From assembly GCA_001029695.1 (NCBI GenBank), contig CP011211.1:510001-542000 (forward strand): a stretch of DNA of 32,000 bases, read 5' to 3'. A program made the position numbers and the translations under genes. Within the stretch, counting starts at the first letter, position 1. Each line of letters starts with the position of its first letter. Shown one piece after another: positions 7,684-17,204 of this stretch. The notes under the pieces were generated by a model. That model was given only the letters and a program-made list of their open reading frames with translations, was not told the origin of the DNA and made no database searches. The stretch comes from Candidatus Saccharimonadota bacterium. GTDB taxonomy: Bacteria > Patescibacteriota > Saccharimonadia > Saccharimonadales > Saccharimonadaceae.

Positions 7684-9573
7684 CTAGGCGGCTTTTTTTA
7701 GCGGCGTATAAAGCTGAGCTTCCTTTGGTAATGTTGCATCTTTTAGGAGTTCGACAACACGAGGTTCATCGATCGTCTCTTCTTCGAGTAATGCTTCCGC
7801 AAGCGCATCGAGACTCTTTCTGTTCTGGTTGATCACCACTTCAGCGCGACGTGCAGCCTCTTTGATGAGACTCTCAACTTCTTTATCGATCTCTTTAGCG
7901 GTGTCGTCACTGTATGGTCGTTCATGCGTCATCTTATCAAAGACCATGCCGCCATTATCATCGTGGAACACTTGATCGCGTAGTTTCGTACCCATTCCCT
8001 GCTCGATGATCATGTCACGTGCAATCTCTGTTGCTTTTCGTAGATCAGAGCCAGCTCCGGTCGTAATACCATCAGCACCGTAGAGTATCTTCTCCGCAAC
8101 ACGGCCGCCCATAGCGCGAGCCAAGATATCTTTAAACTCATAGACGTTTGTGTAGCTTTTATCTTCCGGAGGCAAGAACCATGTCACGCCACCCGTACCG
8201 CCACGAGGGATAATCGTCACTTTATGAACTGGGTCGCTATCAGGTAGGACGTGTCCAACGATCGCATGTCCCGCTTCGTGATACGCAGTGAGCTGCTTTT
8301 CGCGATCGCTCATTACCTTCGTCTTTCGCTCTGGTCCAATCGCTACTTTTTCAAATGCTTCAGTAAGATCGTCATTAGTAATCTTTTTTCGGTTGGCACG
8401 AGCTGCAATGATAGCGGCTTCGTTTGCGATATTTGCAAGATCCGCGCCAGATGAACCAGCAGTCTTTGCGGCAAGCTTATCAAGATTTACCGTACTATCG
8501 GTTGGCTTTTTCTTGAAGTGAACCTTCAAAATTGCTTCACGATCTTTTCGCTCTGGCAACATAATATTAGTTCGTCGGTCAAAACGGCCTGGTCGAAGAA
8601 GTGCAGGATCAAGTACGTCAGATCGGTTTGTTGCTGCAAGAACAATAACATTCGTACCTGTCTCAAAACCGTCCATCTCAACCAAGATCTGGTTAAGTGT
8701 CTGTTCTCGCTCGTCGTGTCCGCCGCCCATGCCCGAGCCACGTTTACGACCAACGGCATCAATCTCATCAATAAAGATAATTGCAGGAGCGTTCTTCTTT
8801 GCTTTTGCAAATAGGTCACGTACACGGCTTGCTCCGACACCTACAAACATCTCAACGAATTCAGAACCTGAGATTGAGAAGAAGGGAACATTCGCTTCAC
8901 CAGCTACCGCACGCGCAAGCATCGTCTTACCCGTACCTGGACTACCGACAAGTAGCACACCTTTTGGTATCTTTGCCCCGAGCTCTTCATACTTCTTTGG
9001 ATGCTTCAAGAAATCAACAACTTCTTCAAGATCTTGCTTTGCACTTTCATTGCCGGCTATGTCCGCAAAGACAACTTTTTCCTTATCCGTGCCGTAGAGC
9101 TTAGCCTTTGACTTACCAAATCCCATGGCTTGGTTGTTCTGACCTTGCGCTTGCCGCATCATAAACAAGAAGAACCCAGCAATCAAGAGTACCGGAATAA
9201 TAATTATCGCCAAATTCCAAAGCGTCTCACTCGTCTGCGACGGAGGTGTATCTGAAACAACCTTTCGACCGCGCTCATTAAGAATGTCATCACGAAGCAG
9301 TGCAGCTACACCACCAGTGAAATATGACTTCTCAGTCGCTTTATCACTGCCTTCTGGAGTAATTTCAAGATCATTTCCTTGACCTTGAATTTTTGTAATC
9401 TTACCAGCGTTAGCTCGCTCAATAACAGTAGAGATATCAACTTTCTCTAGCTGCTTTTGTGGAGAAAGAAGTGCAAATGCCGTAATAACGCCAAGCACGA
9501 TAATCGCCCAGAAAAGACCTAATCTCATTAGGTTGCTGTTTTTACCCTTCGGTGATTTGTTTTTTGTTGCCAT
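7684..9573 (-). CDS. ftsH: ATP-dependent zinc metalloprotease FtsH
   Basis: Walker A is GSPGTGKT, Walker B is IIFIDEIDA, the SRH reads [20 protein letters not shown], and the zinc site is HEAGHA. Start taken at ATG 9573 (MATKNK), with 9597 as an alternative. Confidence 0.95.
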   Translation of the reverse strand: MATKNKSPKGKNSNLMRLGLFWAIIVLGVITAFALLSPQKQLEKVDISTVIERANAGKITKIQGQGNDLEITPEGSDKATEKSYFTGGVAALLRDDILNERGRKVVSDTPPSQTSETLWNLAIIIIPVLLIAGFFLFMMRQAQGQNNQAMGFGKSKAKLYGTDKEKVVFADIAGNESAKQDLEEVVDFLKHPKKYEELGAKIPKGVLLVGSPGTGKTMLARAVAGEANVPFFSISGSEFVEMFVGVGASRVRDLFAKAKKNAPAIIFIDEIDAVGRKRGSGMGGGHDEREQTLNQILVEMDGFETGTNVIVLAATNRSDVLDPALLRPGRFDRRTNIMLPERKDREAILKVHFKKKPTDSTVNLDKLAAKTAGSSGADLANIANEAAIIAARANRKKITNDDLTEAFEKVAIGPERKTKVMSDREKQLTAYHEAGHAIVGHVLPDSDPVHKVTIIPRGGTGGVTWFLPPEDKSYTNVYEFKDILARAMGGRVAEKILYGADGITTGAGSDLRKATEIARDMIIEQGMGTKLRDQVFHDDNGGMVFDKMTHERPYSDDTAKEIDKEVESLIKEAARRAEVVINQNRKSLDALAEALLEEETIDEPRVVELLKDATLPKEAQLYTPLKKAA

Positions 9574-9630
9574 ACTGACGATTTTGCTTCCTTTCAATCA
9601 AGATACAATAGAATAATCCCACTCCTATTA

Positions 9631-10485
9631 TCATACCACTTTTGAAGGATGCTCTACAATAAAAGATTGCTTCGTAAATCGAATTCTCACACCAAATGCA
9701 GCATCTACTCGACTTGCTGGACGAGCAACTTTGATCTCGTGGAGTAGTTTTTTTCGCTGAGGCAGCGTCAAAGAGACACCAGCAGACCGCATAACCACCG
9801 CTCGAAGTAGTTCAAGCGCTGCCCGCTCCGTACTATGAATAAAGAAATATCGTGAATACTCATCGTTTCCACCGAGATGATCGGCTACCGTCTGGTCGAT
9901 AGCGCCACGAAGCCGTACCTGCTCCTCCCAATACTGCAGAAGAAGTGCATGCGTCTCGTCGTCAAGGCGAGACAAGATCCGACGTATGCGATTACGGAGA
10001 TACTTGTCACTCTGATTCGTGCTATCTTCGCGCCAACTAAGATTATACATTTGCGCATACTCAATCAGCTCTTGTTTACGTAGCCCCACAAGTGGACGTT
10101 CAATCGATTCGTCGCCAAATACCGCAAGCCCACGCCATCCCGTACCGCGCAGTATATTAATAGCAATAGTCTCTATTACATCATCAGCATGGTGTGCGGT
10201 AACGAGCGTCCCTTTCTCTTTATTTGTGATATCTTTCAAAAAAGCATACCGTCGTCGCCTCGCCTCATCTTCGCTGGCGTTTATGCCAAGCTCCTCCCGC
10301 TTCACCTCAAAAGGCACTCCATACTGCGAAGCAAGATGTTTAACGAACATCGCGTCCTCAGCAGAGTCATCTCGAATTCCATGATCAAAATGAGCAACGA
10401 CAACAGAATCGCCTTGCTGTATCAGCTTATGCAACAAGACGACCGAATCAACTCCACCACTTACGGCGATGATGTATTTTGTCAC
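9631..10485 (-). CDS. tilS: tRNA(Ile)-lysidine synthase TilS
   Basis: The PP-loop is VSGGVDSVVLLH, followed by VAHFDHGIRDDS and TAHHADDVIET. The start codon is GTG (10485-10483). Confidence 0.85.
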   Translation of the reverse strand: MTKYIIAVSGGVDSVVLLHKLIQQGDSVVVAHFDHGIRDDSAEDAMFVKHLASQYGVPFEVKREELGINASEDEARRRRYAFLKDITNKEKGTLVTAHHADDVIETIAINILRGTGWRGLAVFGDESIERPLVGLRKQELIEYAQMYNLSWREDSTNQSDKYLRNRIRRILSRLDDETHALLLQYWEEQVRLRGAIDQTVADHLGGNDEYSRYFFIHSTERAALELLRAVVMRSAGVSLTLPQRKKLLHEIKVARPASRVDAAFGVRIRFTKQSFIVEHPSKVV

Positions 10486-10658
10486 TCACCAAACCTTTGC
10501 TGAGCCTTCACTCCTAGCCATATACCCGCAAGTCCACCAATAAGCCCGCCGATAATCCCCCAGCCACTTAACAAATCATCGTCACCAAGCAGCGTAGGTA
10601 TATAACTACCGATCGCCCCAAATACCGCCGCAAACAAGATAATAATCTTTTTATTCAT
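10482..10658 (-). CDS. Small membrane protein with glycine-zipper helices (58 aa), not in the ORF track
   Basis: My translation is MNKKIIILFAAVFGAIGSYIPTLLGDDDLLSGWGIIGGLIGGLAGIWLGVKAQQRFGE. Its TGA stop (10484-10482) overlaps the tilS GTG start, giving GTGA. It has two hydrophobic segments with GxxxG repeats. Confidence 0.5.
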   Translation of the reverse strand: MNKKIIILFAAVFGAIGSYIPTLLGDDDLLSGWGIIGGLIGGLAGIWLGVKAQQRFGE

Positions 10659-10714
10659 ATACCTATAGTATACGCTCTTGTCTCCATTCGCACGCTACGG
10701 CATACTTATGTAAT

Positions 10715-11692
10715 ATGTTTATAAAATACCCTTTTCTAAAGTACGTTGCAGCAACTTTACTCGGTCTCTTTGTCTTATGTATTTTGATTATTCTGTGGAT
10801 TTTCTTTTGGCCTCTTACGGATAAGCGACTACAGACGGGCGCAGAAGCATCCGCAACTTACTCTCAAGCGATCGAAAAAATCGCAAAGATCAATAAACTT
10901 GAGACAGAGAAAAAAGTTGAGAAAACCTGCGAGTCTCAATTACTAACACATGGTCAAAAAACAGCAAAAACCGTAGTGATGTTTCATGGCGTAACAGCCT
11001 GCCCCAGTCAGTTTAGAGAACTTGCCGAACAATTCTTTGCCAGTGGCTATAACGTATACATCCCCCGAGCGCCCTACCACGGTACGAGCAATCCAAAAGA
11101 TCACGGCCAAGTAACAGCACAGGAGCTCGTCACCTACGCAAATGAATCCATCACCGCCGCAACCGGACTCGGTGAGGAAGTAGGCACTATAGGACTCTCG
11201 GGGGGTGCCGTTGTCGCTACCTGGACAGCCGAGTACCGGCCAGAAGTGCAACGACTACTGACACTTTCACCGTTTTACGAAACAGCTGCTTCTCAAGCAC
11301 CAAAGTGGCAACTTCCAATGCTCAAAAAACTTCATGGCTTCCACATACTTCCCGAAGCGTTTAGCGGCGAAAACAATACCGGTTTTTCACTTCGTGCACT
11401 CGCAAACTACCTTATCGTCGTTGAAAACCTCAAAAAGGACCCCTCAAACCTTCATCTAAAAAGTACCGGTACAGTTGTCAGTGCTAGTGATGATGTCATC
11501 GACCTTGATCTTGCGCTTACCGTCCCTAGTAAGATCGCAAAGAGCAATAATCTCACACTGCTTTCTCGCACACTTCCAAAAGAATGGAATGTCGGCCACG
11601 CTATTGTAGCACCAGATGAAAAAGGCGTTGCCGAACGAAAAGCAGAACTCTTCTCGCTCTATCAGGCTTTTTACGAGGGGCGCCAACCCTAA
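10715..11692 (+). CDS. Membrane-anchored alpha/beta-fold hydrolase
   Basis: It has an N-terminal TM helix. VVMFHGVTACPSQF is an HG oxyanion region and GLSGGA is a GxSxG nucleophile elbow. Confidence 0.7.
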   Translation: MFIKYPFLKYVAATLLGLFVLCILIILWIFFWPLTDKRLQTGAEASATYSQAIEKIAKINKLETEKKVEKTCESQLLTHGQKTAKTVVMFHGVTACPSQFRELAEQFFASGYNVYIPRAPYHGTSNPKDHGQVTAQELVTYANESITAATGLGEEVGTIGLSGGAVVATWTAEYRPEVQRLLTLSPFYETAASQAPKWQLPMLKKLHGFHILPEAFSGENNTGFSLRALANYLIVVENLKKDPSNLHLKSTGTVVSASDDVIDLDLALTVPSKIAKSNNLTLLSRTLPKEWNVGHAIVAPDEKGVAERKAELFSLYQAFYEGRQP

Positions 11693-12927
11693 AGATATCT
11701 TGTACTTCCAAACGGAATCTTTTGTTTCAGGAAGTTATTCGTGCCCAACGTATCGGCACTATGGATCACTCGTTCGCCATAGCGATTATTTATCTCGTCC
11801 ATCATAGTTGTCAGGCGAATCTCTTCGGCAATCTGATCACCAAATAAACTAAGCTGTGGATCGTTGTCATCACATAGCTCATAGCAGGTGACGCCTATCT
11901 CCTTGATCTTATCTGGCGCATTCAGAAAGAGCTGCCTCGCTACCGAGTAAATCGCTTTATCACTTGAAAAAGGTAATTCCGCCATACGACGAGCGTGCCA
12001 ATACCCTCGATCATAACTTTTCGCATACACCATCACACCCCTCGCTGCTTTTTTCTGACTGCGGATCTTCCGCCCAACAGCCTCACTCAAATGATGTAAT
12101 CGTTTCACGATCTGCTCGCGACTCAGTGAATTACTCTCAAGTACATACTGACGACCCGCTGTTTTCAGCGGATGTGGCACATCATCGACTTCCCAACCTC
12201 GAAGTCGCTGATGCCATTGTTCACCACAAATACTTTTAAACACCATCCGATGGAGCGTCTCGGGACTTGCATCGAGAAATTCCAGCGGAGTATAAATACC
12301 CACGGCACTGAGGCGTTCTTCGTTTCGATCTGCGATACCGGTTAAACCTTTTAGTTTCAATGTCGCGAGAGTTGCACGGAGATTAGTCGCATCGATCACG
12401 TCGAGACCATCGGGTTTATGAAGACCTGCAGCTGTTTTTGCTAAAAAACGGTTTGGTGCGATCCCCACATTACAGCGCATCGCGCGACCAATCTCATCAC
12501 GTAGCCGTTGTTTGATCTCGTAGCCAATACCCACAAGCGATTGTCGACGCACCGCTTCTGTCGTCTGATGAAAATCAATCACCCCTTCATCGATACTCTT
12601 CATCGTGACGTGAGCCGAGTAGCTGTTCATGATCTCAAGCATCTTATGATACACAAACCGATATTTCGCTGGATCGCTCTCAAGCATAACGATATCTGGA
12701 CAAAGCACCTGTGCCTCCTTAAACTTCATGCCAACCGTCACTCCACGCGCCTTTGCCTCATAACTTGCCGTGACAATTGCCGTATGTTCAGTTCGTCGAT
12801 TGACGATCGCCACTGGCCGACCACGCAACATAGGACGAGATTGTTGCTCAACCGTCGCAAAACAACTATTGAGGTCTATGTGCATGACAAGCGGCACTTC
12901 TGGATTATATTCATCATGCAGTTGCAT
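11689..12927 (-). CDS. dinB: Y-family DNA polymerase (DinB/UmuC type)
   Basis: VMHIDLNSCFATVEQ corresponds to DxDxFFAxVE. The catalytic motif is SIDEGVIDF, and it has the PVAIVN...AIVTASYEAKARGV region. The subfamily (Pol IV versus UmuC-like) cannot be settled by eye. Its stop overlaps the stop of the convergent hydrolase gene. Confidence 0.85.
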   Translation of the reverse strand: MQLHDEYNPEVPLVMHIDLNSCFATVEQQSRPMLRGRPVAIVNRRTEHTAIVTASYEAKARGVTVGMKFKEAQVLCPDIVMLESDPAKYRFVYHKMLEIMNSYSAHVTMKSIDEGVIDFHQTTEAVRRQSLVGIGYEIKQRLRDEIGRAMRCNVGIAPNRFLAKTAAGLHKPDGLDVIDATNLRATLATLKLKGLTGIADRNEERLSAVGIYTPLEFLDASPETLHRMVFKSICGEQWHQRLRGWEVDDVPHPLKTAGRQYVLESNSLSREQIVKRLHHLSEAVGRKIRSQKKAARGVMVYAKSYDRGYWHARRMAELPFSSDKAIYSVARQLFLNAPDKIKEIGVTCYELCDDNDPQLSLFGDQIAEEIRLTTMMDEINNRYGERVIHSADTLGTNNFLKQKIPFGSTRYL

Positions 12928-13186
12928 AGTGATCCGCCTCCCTGGTGAGGTGCCATGTTAACCGTTCACTATCAAACTCTAATCGATAGTCAGCTCCACC
13001 ATCAGTCACGTCAAACACATGCACTGTCCGCTTACCGGCACTTGTTGGGTGCCGAAGACCGATCTCACTTATCTCAATCTCGCGCCCACTCAAGCGGCGA
13101 AATCGCACTGGCCTACACGGATTCAGTCCTTCGCCAAATGTTGCAATTACCTCTATCCGTTCGTTCAAAAAAAGTTCATCATTCAT
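12914..13186 (-). CDS. Hypothetical 90-aa protein translationally coupled to the Y-family polymerase
   Basis: GAGGA lies about 10 nt upstream of ATG 13186. Its 3' end overlaps the polymerase ATG by 14 nt. No family recognised. Confidence 0.55.
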   Translation of the reverse strand: MNDELFLNERIEVIATFGEGLNPCRPVRFRRLSGREIEISEIGLRHPTSAGKRTVHVFDVTDGGADYRLEFDSERLTWHLTREADHYATA

Positions 13187-13387
13187 ACAATTAAAATCCT
13201 CAAAAAAGTTAGTTTGAGAAACGATTATCTAATTGTTCGCCCGCCATTTCCTCTGCTCGTTTCAGGCTCGGAATGTCGAAGACGATGAATGATTCCACCG
13301 GAGGGACGCTTTGCGATAGGTCGCTAGTGTGTGTCGCGGGGAGATATCCTTATTATACACCTGAGAGTCTGTTTTTATAGACAAATA

Positions 13388-13416
13388 TTGCATTATACTT
13401 GTTTATATGCTATAAT
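13388..13416 (+). promoter_or_regulatory. Sigma-70-type promoter TTGCAT-17-TGcTATAAT
   Basis: The -35 is TTGCAT at 13388-13393, followed by a 17-nt spacer and TATAAT at 13411-13416 preceded by TG (extended -10). Confidence 0.5.
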
Positions 13417-13433
13417 AAATATATGTACCACTC

Positions 13434-13856
13434 ATGGAGATCATGGGCGATGCACGCCCAGGCCGATTGAGCTATTCAGCTTCTCGACTGGATGACAAAC
13501 GAAAGAGAGTTACCATGCCAGTTCACGATAACTACGAAGCGATATCGGCGCCAGAAGGCAACAGGCAAGCGATCAGAAGATTCGACCTACTGAACCTCTC
13601 CGCTGGTGAAACACTGGAGATCACAACCAGGTCATCGACCTACTGGGTCACCGCGACCAATCACCTCAGACCATTCATAAGCTCCAGCGTAGAGATCAGA
13701 GGAGCGTCTGTAGCGACTAACTCGGTTCGAGCAAGAGACTTCGATAGAAGTCCAGACAATACCTTGATCGGACGCTACGTCGAAATCGGCGAGCGGTTTG
13801 TCATTGGCCGGAAGGGTGAACTAACCCCGCCAGTCGAATCAATTTCAATCAAGTAA
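13434..13856 (+). CDS. Hypothetical protein (140 aa, start uncertain)
   Basis: An ORF with visibly higher GC and AGA/AGG codon use than its neighbours. Alternative starts are 13443 and 13515. No family recognised. Confidence 0.45.
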   Translation: MEIMGDARPGRLSYSASRLDDKRKRVTMPVHDNYEAISAPEGNRQAIRRFDLLNLSAGETLEITTRSSTYWVTATNHLRPFISSSVEIRGASVATNSVRARDFDRSPDNTLIGRYVEIGERFVIGRKGELTPPVESISIK

Positions 13857-13871
13857 CTCTCGTCGTGACCC

Positions 13872-13917
13872 ATCCCGAAGGTTTTCTCGGCTCCACAGCC
13901 TGAGACTACCTTCGGGA
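13872..13917 (+). terminator. Long hairpin (11-bp perfect stem, 24-nt loop) downstream of the orphan gene
   Basis: ATCCCGAAGGT (13872-13882) pairs with ACCTTCGGGAT (13907-13917), followed by tttcgcatttcc. Confidence 0.35.
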
Positions 13918-14043
13918 TTTTCGCATTTCCAGCTATATGATCTCGCTTCATCACGACTCGAATACGTATCGATTCAAGTCATCATGGAAGAACTCCTATC
14001 GCATCCTCTTAGTATGACACGCGCGTATTCGAGCGCAATACAC

Positions 14044-14634
14044 CTATAGGCGAGCTATAGTGCGGGTCACTACTGGACTATACACCGAAAGCGCAAGTAC
14101 AATTGGAACAAAATGACCCACCGCCCATAGCCGAACCTGTCGACAGCCGTGAAGTAATGTGTCGCCTACCGGGACGACCGGGTCATAGGTCGGATGGACT
14201 GATATAAAGGCTCGCCGCATATCTGGCGACAGGCGTGAAATTGCAGCATCAGCGCCCTGCATCGCTTCACTAAACGCAGGGTGCTTTTTATATAACCTTG
14301 GAGATACCGTACTGGCATCGCTATTTTTACCGCAGATAGTCAATACACCGTGCAGCAGGTGAGGGGAGTCGGCCATGCCGCGCATGACCATACTACCACC
14401 TGCACTTTCACCGACAAGAACTACTCGCTTACCCGTCTCATGGACGCGCACCATCACCTGCACAATCCGAGAGTACTTCTCTTCATACGACTCGTCGCCT
14501 TCCCACTTCATCGGCACCAATACCGTCTCAATGCCCTGCAATCGCCACAATCGGAGTCCTAAAGTGCGTAACTTATCGTACCTGTCACCAAGTCCAGGAA
14601 TATAAATCACGCATATCGTACTTCGCTTTGCCAT
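14044..14634 (-). CDS. Alpha/beta-fold serine hydrolase (about 196 aa)
   Basis: VVLVGESAGGSMV is a GxSxG motif and IYIPGLGD is an N-terminal strand. ATG 14634 lies 2 nt after the dipZ TAG stop (GTG 14637 is an alternative), implying co-transcription. Confidence 0.65.
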   Translation of the reverse strand: MAKRSTICVIYIPGLGDRYDKLRTLGLRLWRLQGIETVLVPMKWEGDESYEEKYSRIVQVMVRVHETGKRVVLVGESAGGSMVMRGMADSPHLLHGVLTICGKNSDASTVSPRLYKKHPAFSEAMQGADAAISRLSPDMRRAFISVHPTYDPVVPVGDTLLHGCRQVRLWAVGHFVPIVLALSVYSPVVTRTIARL

Positions 14635-14636
14635 CA

Positions 14637-16328
14637 CTATTTTCCACCAAATGTAAATGCGTTGAGCTGGACACCTTTAGGAACCGACAATTCGACCGTC
14701 TGCCCCTTTGTAAATGCATCATACGAAATAATATGATATAGTCTTGCGCCAGCTACCGACACGGCCGAATCTTTTACGTCTGCGCCGGCGCTCTCAGTCA
14801 CGGGACTATTGTTGAGCGCAACCGCAATTCGACCTGAGGTATCATTACCTGTCACGATATACATGTCCTTTGCCGCTATATTCATACGAAGCGTCGCCCC
14901 TTCGCCAGCTACTATACCTTCGCTTGTTACGTTCCATTCACCTGATAGCGTCCAATCGTTGCCCGAGAGTGTATTCGCTGCAGTGAATGTTGCCTGCCCC
15001 TGCTTCAGTCCTGGCGCACCTTTATAATTACTTGCACGCTTCGTGCCAAGATAGGTTTCTGGACTCTGCCCCTCTATTATGGGAGCGTCGTTCGTCACTC
15101 CATCCGTAAACGCATCTGGAACTGTAGCCCCAGCATCTTTAAGAAGTGTACGAATAGCTTGCTCAGTCTCTTTGTATTCACCTTCACCAAAATGCGCACG
15201 ACGAACATTACCATCCTTGTCGATCAAATAACTTGCTGGCCAGTACTGGTTTTTGTACGCTGCCCATGTCCTAAAATCGTTATCTAGAGCAATTGGATAG
15301 GTGAGGCCTGCTTTTTTGGTGGCATTTTTTACGTTGGTAGCATTTTTCTCAAATGCAAATTCCGGCGCATGAATACCAATTATCTCGAGTCCACTGCCTT
15401 TGTATGCCTGATACCAATCTTTTAGATACGGCTGCGTGCGAATACAGTTGATGCAACTATACGTCCAAAAGTCCACCAACACCACCTTACCTTTCAGGCT
15501 TTTGAGCGTTTTAGGTTCGCTATTTATCCACTCGCCAAGTCCGGTAAACTCGGGTGCTTTGTATGCCTTGACGTTTAGCACACCGCTCGCAGCCTTTCGA
15601 TCGCTCGCCGGAATAAGCTTGGATGAAAGCGCATCAAAATCAAATGGCGTCTTTTCCGCAACAAATGTCTGAAATTGCTTGTCCATCCCCGTGATTACGA
15701 GAAGCCCAACAACAATAAACAACACCGCCACAATCCGCTGGAATACACCCCGAGGATTACTCGCCCATGACACCTTACGAACAAACTTCTGTCCGATAAA
15801 TCCAACAAGTAGCAGTACGAGACTCAGACCTACGACATATGCCACCATATAGATAATTGCTTCGCCAAAGTTCACAGGCAGTACAGTCGCGAGGATATAC
15901 GCATACACAGGACTACAACTACTAAACACAGGTCCGAGCGCAGCTCCAGTGATAATCGCCCCGATCACCGCACCCTTGCCCGAACTCTTTCCGAGCAGTT
16001 GCTGGGATTTCGCCTGCAAATTAAATGTAATAATGAGTCGCTCATACACCCATGGAAACAGCATCAGTAGCCCGATACCAACGATAATCCCGCCAGATAC
16101 ATACGTAATCACCTCTGGTGATATATCGATAAATAAGGTCGTCGCTTTGAGAAGAAGCGTAAACACCATCAGTGACACTGCAAGACTAGCGATAATAATA
16201 AATGGCCGTCGCTTATCATGGACGTCTCCACTCATTGAGCCACCAACTATTACAGGGAGAAGTGCGAACACACATGGCGCAAATACTGTCAAAATCCCTG
16301 CCAAAAATGCCCCAATGAGTAGTAACAT
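14637..16328 (-). CDS. dipZ: DipZ-like protein: CcdA/DsbD-type thiol-disulfide transporter fused to a thioredoxin-like domain and a C-terminal beta domain
   Basis: The membrane domain carries VFAPCVFALLP and FSSCSPVY (the two CcdA cysteines). The periplasmic redoxin domain has WTYSCINCIRT (CxxC). A C-terminal domain of roughly 150 aa follows, as in actinobacterial DipZ. Confidence 0.8.
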   Translation of the reverse strand: MLLLIGAFLAGILTVFAPCVFALLPVIVGGSMSGDVHDKRRPFIIIASLAVSLMVFTLLLKATTLFIDISPEVITYVSGGIIVGIGLLMLFPWVYERLIITFNLQAKSQQLLGKSSGKGAVIGAIITGAALGPVFSSCSPVYAYILATVLPVNFGEAIIYMVAYVVGLSLVLLLVGFIGQKFVRKVSWASNPRGVFQRIVAVLFIVVGLLVITGMDKQFQTFVAEKTPFDFDALSSKLIPASDRKAASGVLNVKAYKAPEFTGLGEWINSEPKTLKSLKGKVVLVDFWTYSCINCIRTQPYLKDWYQAYKGSGLEIIGIHAPEFAFEKNATNVKNATKKAGLTYPIALDNDFRTWAAYKNQYWPASYLIDKDGNVRRAHFGEGEYKETEQAIRTLLKDAGATVPDAFTDGVTNDAPIIEGQSPETYLGTKRASNYKGAPGLKQGQATFTAANTLSGNDWTLSGEWNVTSEGIVAGEGATLRMNIAAKDMYIVTGNDTSGRIAVALNNSPVTESAGADVKDSAVSVAGARLYHIISYDAFTKGQTVELSVPKGVQLNAFTFGGK

Positions 16329-16364
16329 ATCGTTTGTTTCCTTTCTGATTTATTGTTTTATAGA

Positions 16365-16403
16365 GCAACATCCCTACCTACCTCGTGATAATAGGGATGT
16401 TGC
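16365..16403 (-). terminator. Hairpin (11-bp stem, 17-nt loop) between the fasciclin and dipZ genes
   Basis: GCAACATCCCT (16365-16375) pairs with AGGGATGTTGC (16393-16403). No clear U-tract follows, so it may be an attenuator or processing site rather than a full terminator. Confidence 0.3.
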
Positions 16404-16416
16404 CACGCAAAGACTC

Positions 16417-17046
16417 TTAGCTCTTCGGCATCAACACACTCTGAACTACGTGTGTCACACCATTGCTCGAAATTACATCGGTAGTTTCAATAGCGGATTT
16501 ATTACCCATTGCATCTTGAATGTACACTTTGCCACCATCTAGTACTGGCATGAGCATCTCACCTTGAACTGTGGTGAGTGATTCACCCTTCTGTGCCATG
16601 ACTTTGAGCGCTGCACTCGTATAGGTACCCGGGACAACATGATACGTCAATATATTCTTGAGAGTACCAACATTTTCTTCTTTTTGAAGCGAAGCGACTG
16701 TCTCGGCTGGTAACTTAGAAAAGGCATCGTTGTTTGGTGCAAACACCGTGAATGGACCCTCGCTCTTGAGCGTATCGACTAGTCCAGCCTTTTGAACAAG
16801 GCTTACTGTCGTCGTCACATTTTTTGCATTCAGTGCGTTGTCGACGATGTCTTTATCTTTTACCATAAGCGCACCACCTACCATTGTACCTTCTTTATTC
16901 TCAGCCATCGACTGCGCTGATGAATCATTCTTCGTGTCAGTATCTGTCATATTCATATTGCCAGCAGCGTAGCCGCCCACACCGCCAATAGCAAGGCCGA
17001 GTACAAGGGCAATAGCGACGCCAGTCATTGTATGTTTAGTTTCCAT
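16417..17046 (-). CDS. Fasciclin (FAS1) domain protein with an N-terminal membrane anchor
   Basis: FTVFAPNNDAFSKLP and ILTYHVVPG are FAS1 H1 and YH motifs. The N-terminal hydrophobic segment is GVAIALVLGLAIGGVGG. Confidence 0.85.
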   Translation of the reverse strand: METKHTMTGVAIALVLGLAIGGVGGYAAGNMNMTDTDTKNDSSAQSMAENKEGTMVGGALMVKDKDIVDNALNAKNVTTTVSLVQKAGLVDTLKSEGPFTVFAPNNDAFSKLPAETVASLQKEENVGTLKNILTYHVVPGTYTSAALKVMAQKGESLTTVQGEMLMPVLDGGKVYIQDAMGNKSAIETTDVISSNGVTHVVQSVLMPKS

Positions 17047-17162
17047 AATAAATTCTCCTTGTCGTAGAGCGTACGTATACGGCAGCTACAATTTCATTAA
17101 TGATATAAAGGTGATCGTACGCTAAGCTTATCAATATTACTTTACTTAATTAACTTAACTTG

Positions 17163-17174
17163 TTACTATAGTAA
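17163..17174. promoter_or_regulatory. 12-bp perfect palindrome TTACTATAGTAA in the marR/fasciclin divergent region (candidate MarR operator)
   Basis: It is self-complementary and lies 30 nt upstream of the marR ATG in an AT-rich divergent promoter region. Confidence 0.3.
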
Positions 17175-17204
17175 TATAGAAAGAACAACGTTGTCAACAA
17201 AATC

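Noticed and set aside
8251-9104. Cluster of plus-strand and alternate-frame ORFs (67-122 aa) inside ftsH.
   Set aside because: They lie entirely within the strongly motif-supported FtsH CDS, have low-complexity translations, and lack start signals. They are antisense shadow ORFs.
12508-12961. 146-aa and 63-aa plus-strand ORFs.
   Set aside because: They are antisense to the catalytic core of the Y-family polymerase and have no SD. Their translations are His/Arg/Leu-rich and implausible.
13187-13400. Possible SOS/LexA boxes upstream of the 90-aa ORF and polymerase operon (GAAACGATTATCTAATTGTTC and CTGTTTTTATAGACA).
   Set aside because: The first has GAAC/GTTC-like ends but 12-nt spacing rather than the Cheo-box N4. 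The second matches CTGT-N8-ACA only partially and is closer to the divergent gene. Neither is convincing.
15949-16542. 197-aa plus-strand ORF.
   Set aside because: It is antisense to the well-supported dipZ membrane domain and runs across the dipZ promoter and hairpin region. Its translation is Ser/Ile/Thr-rich with no motif.
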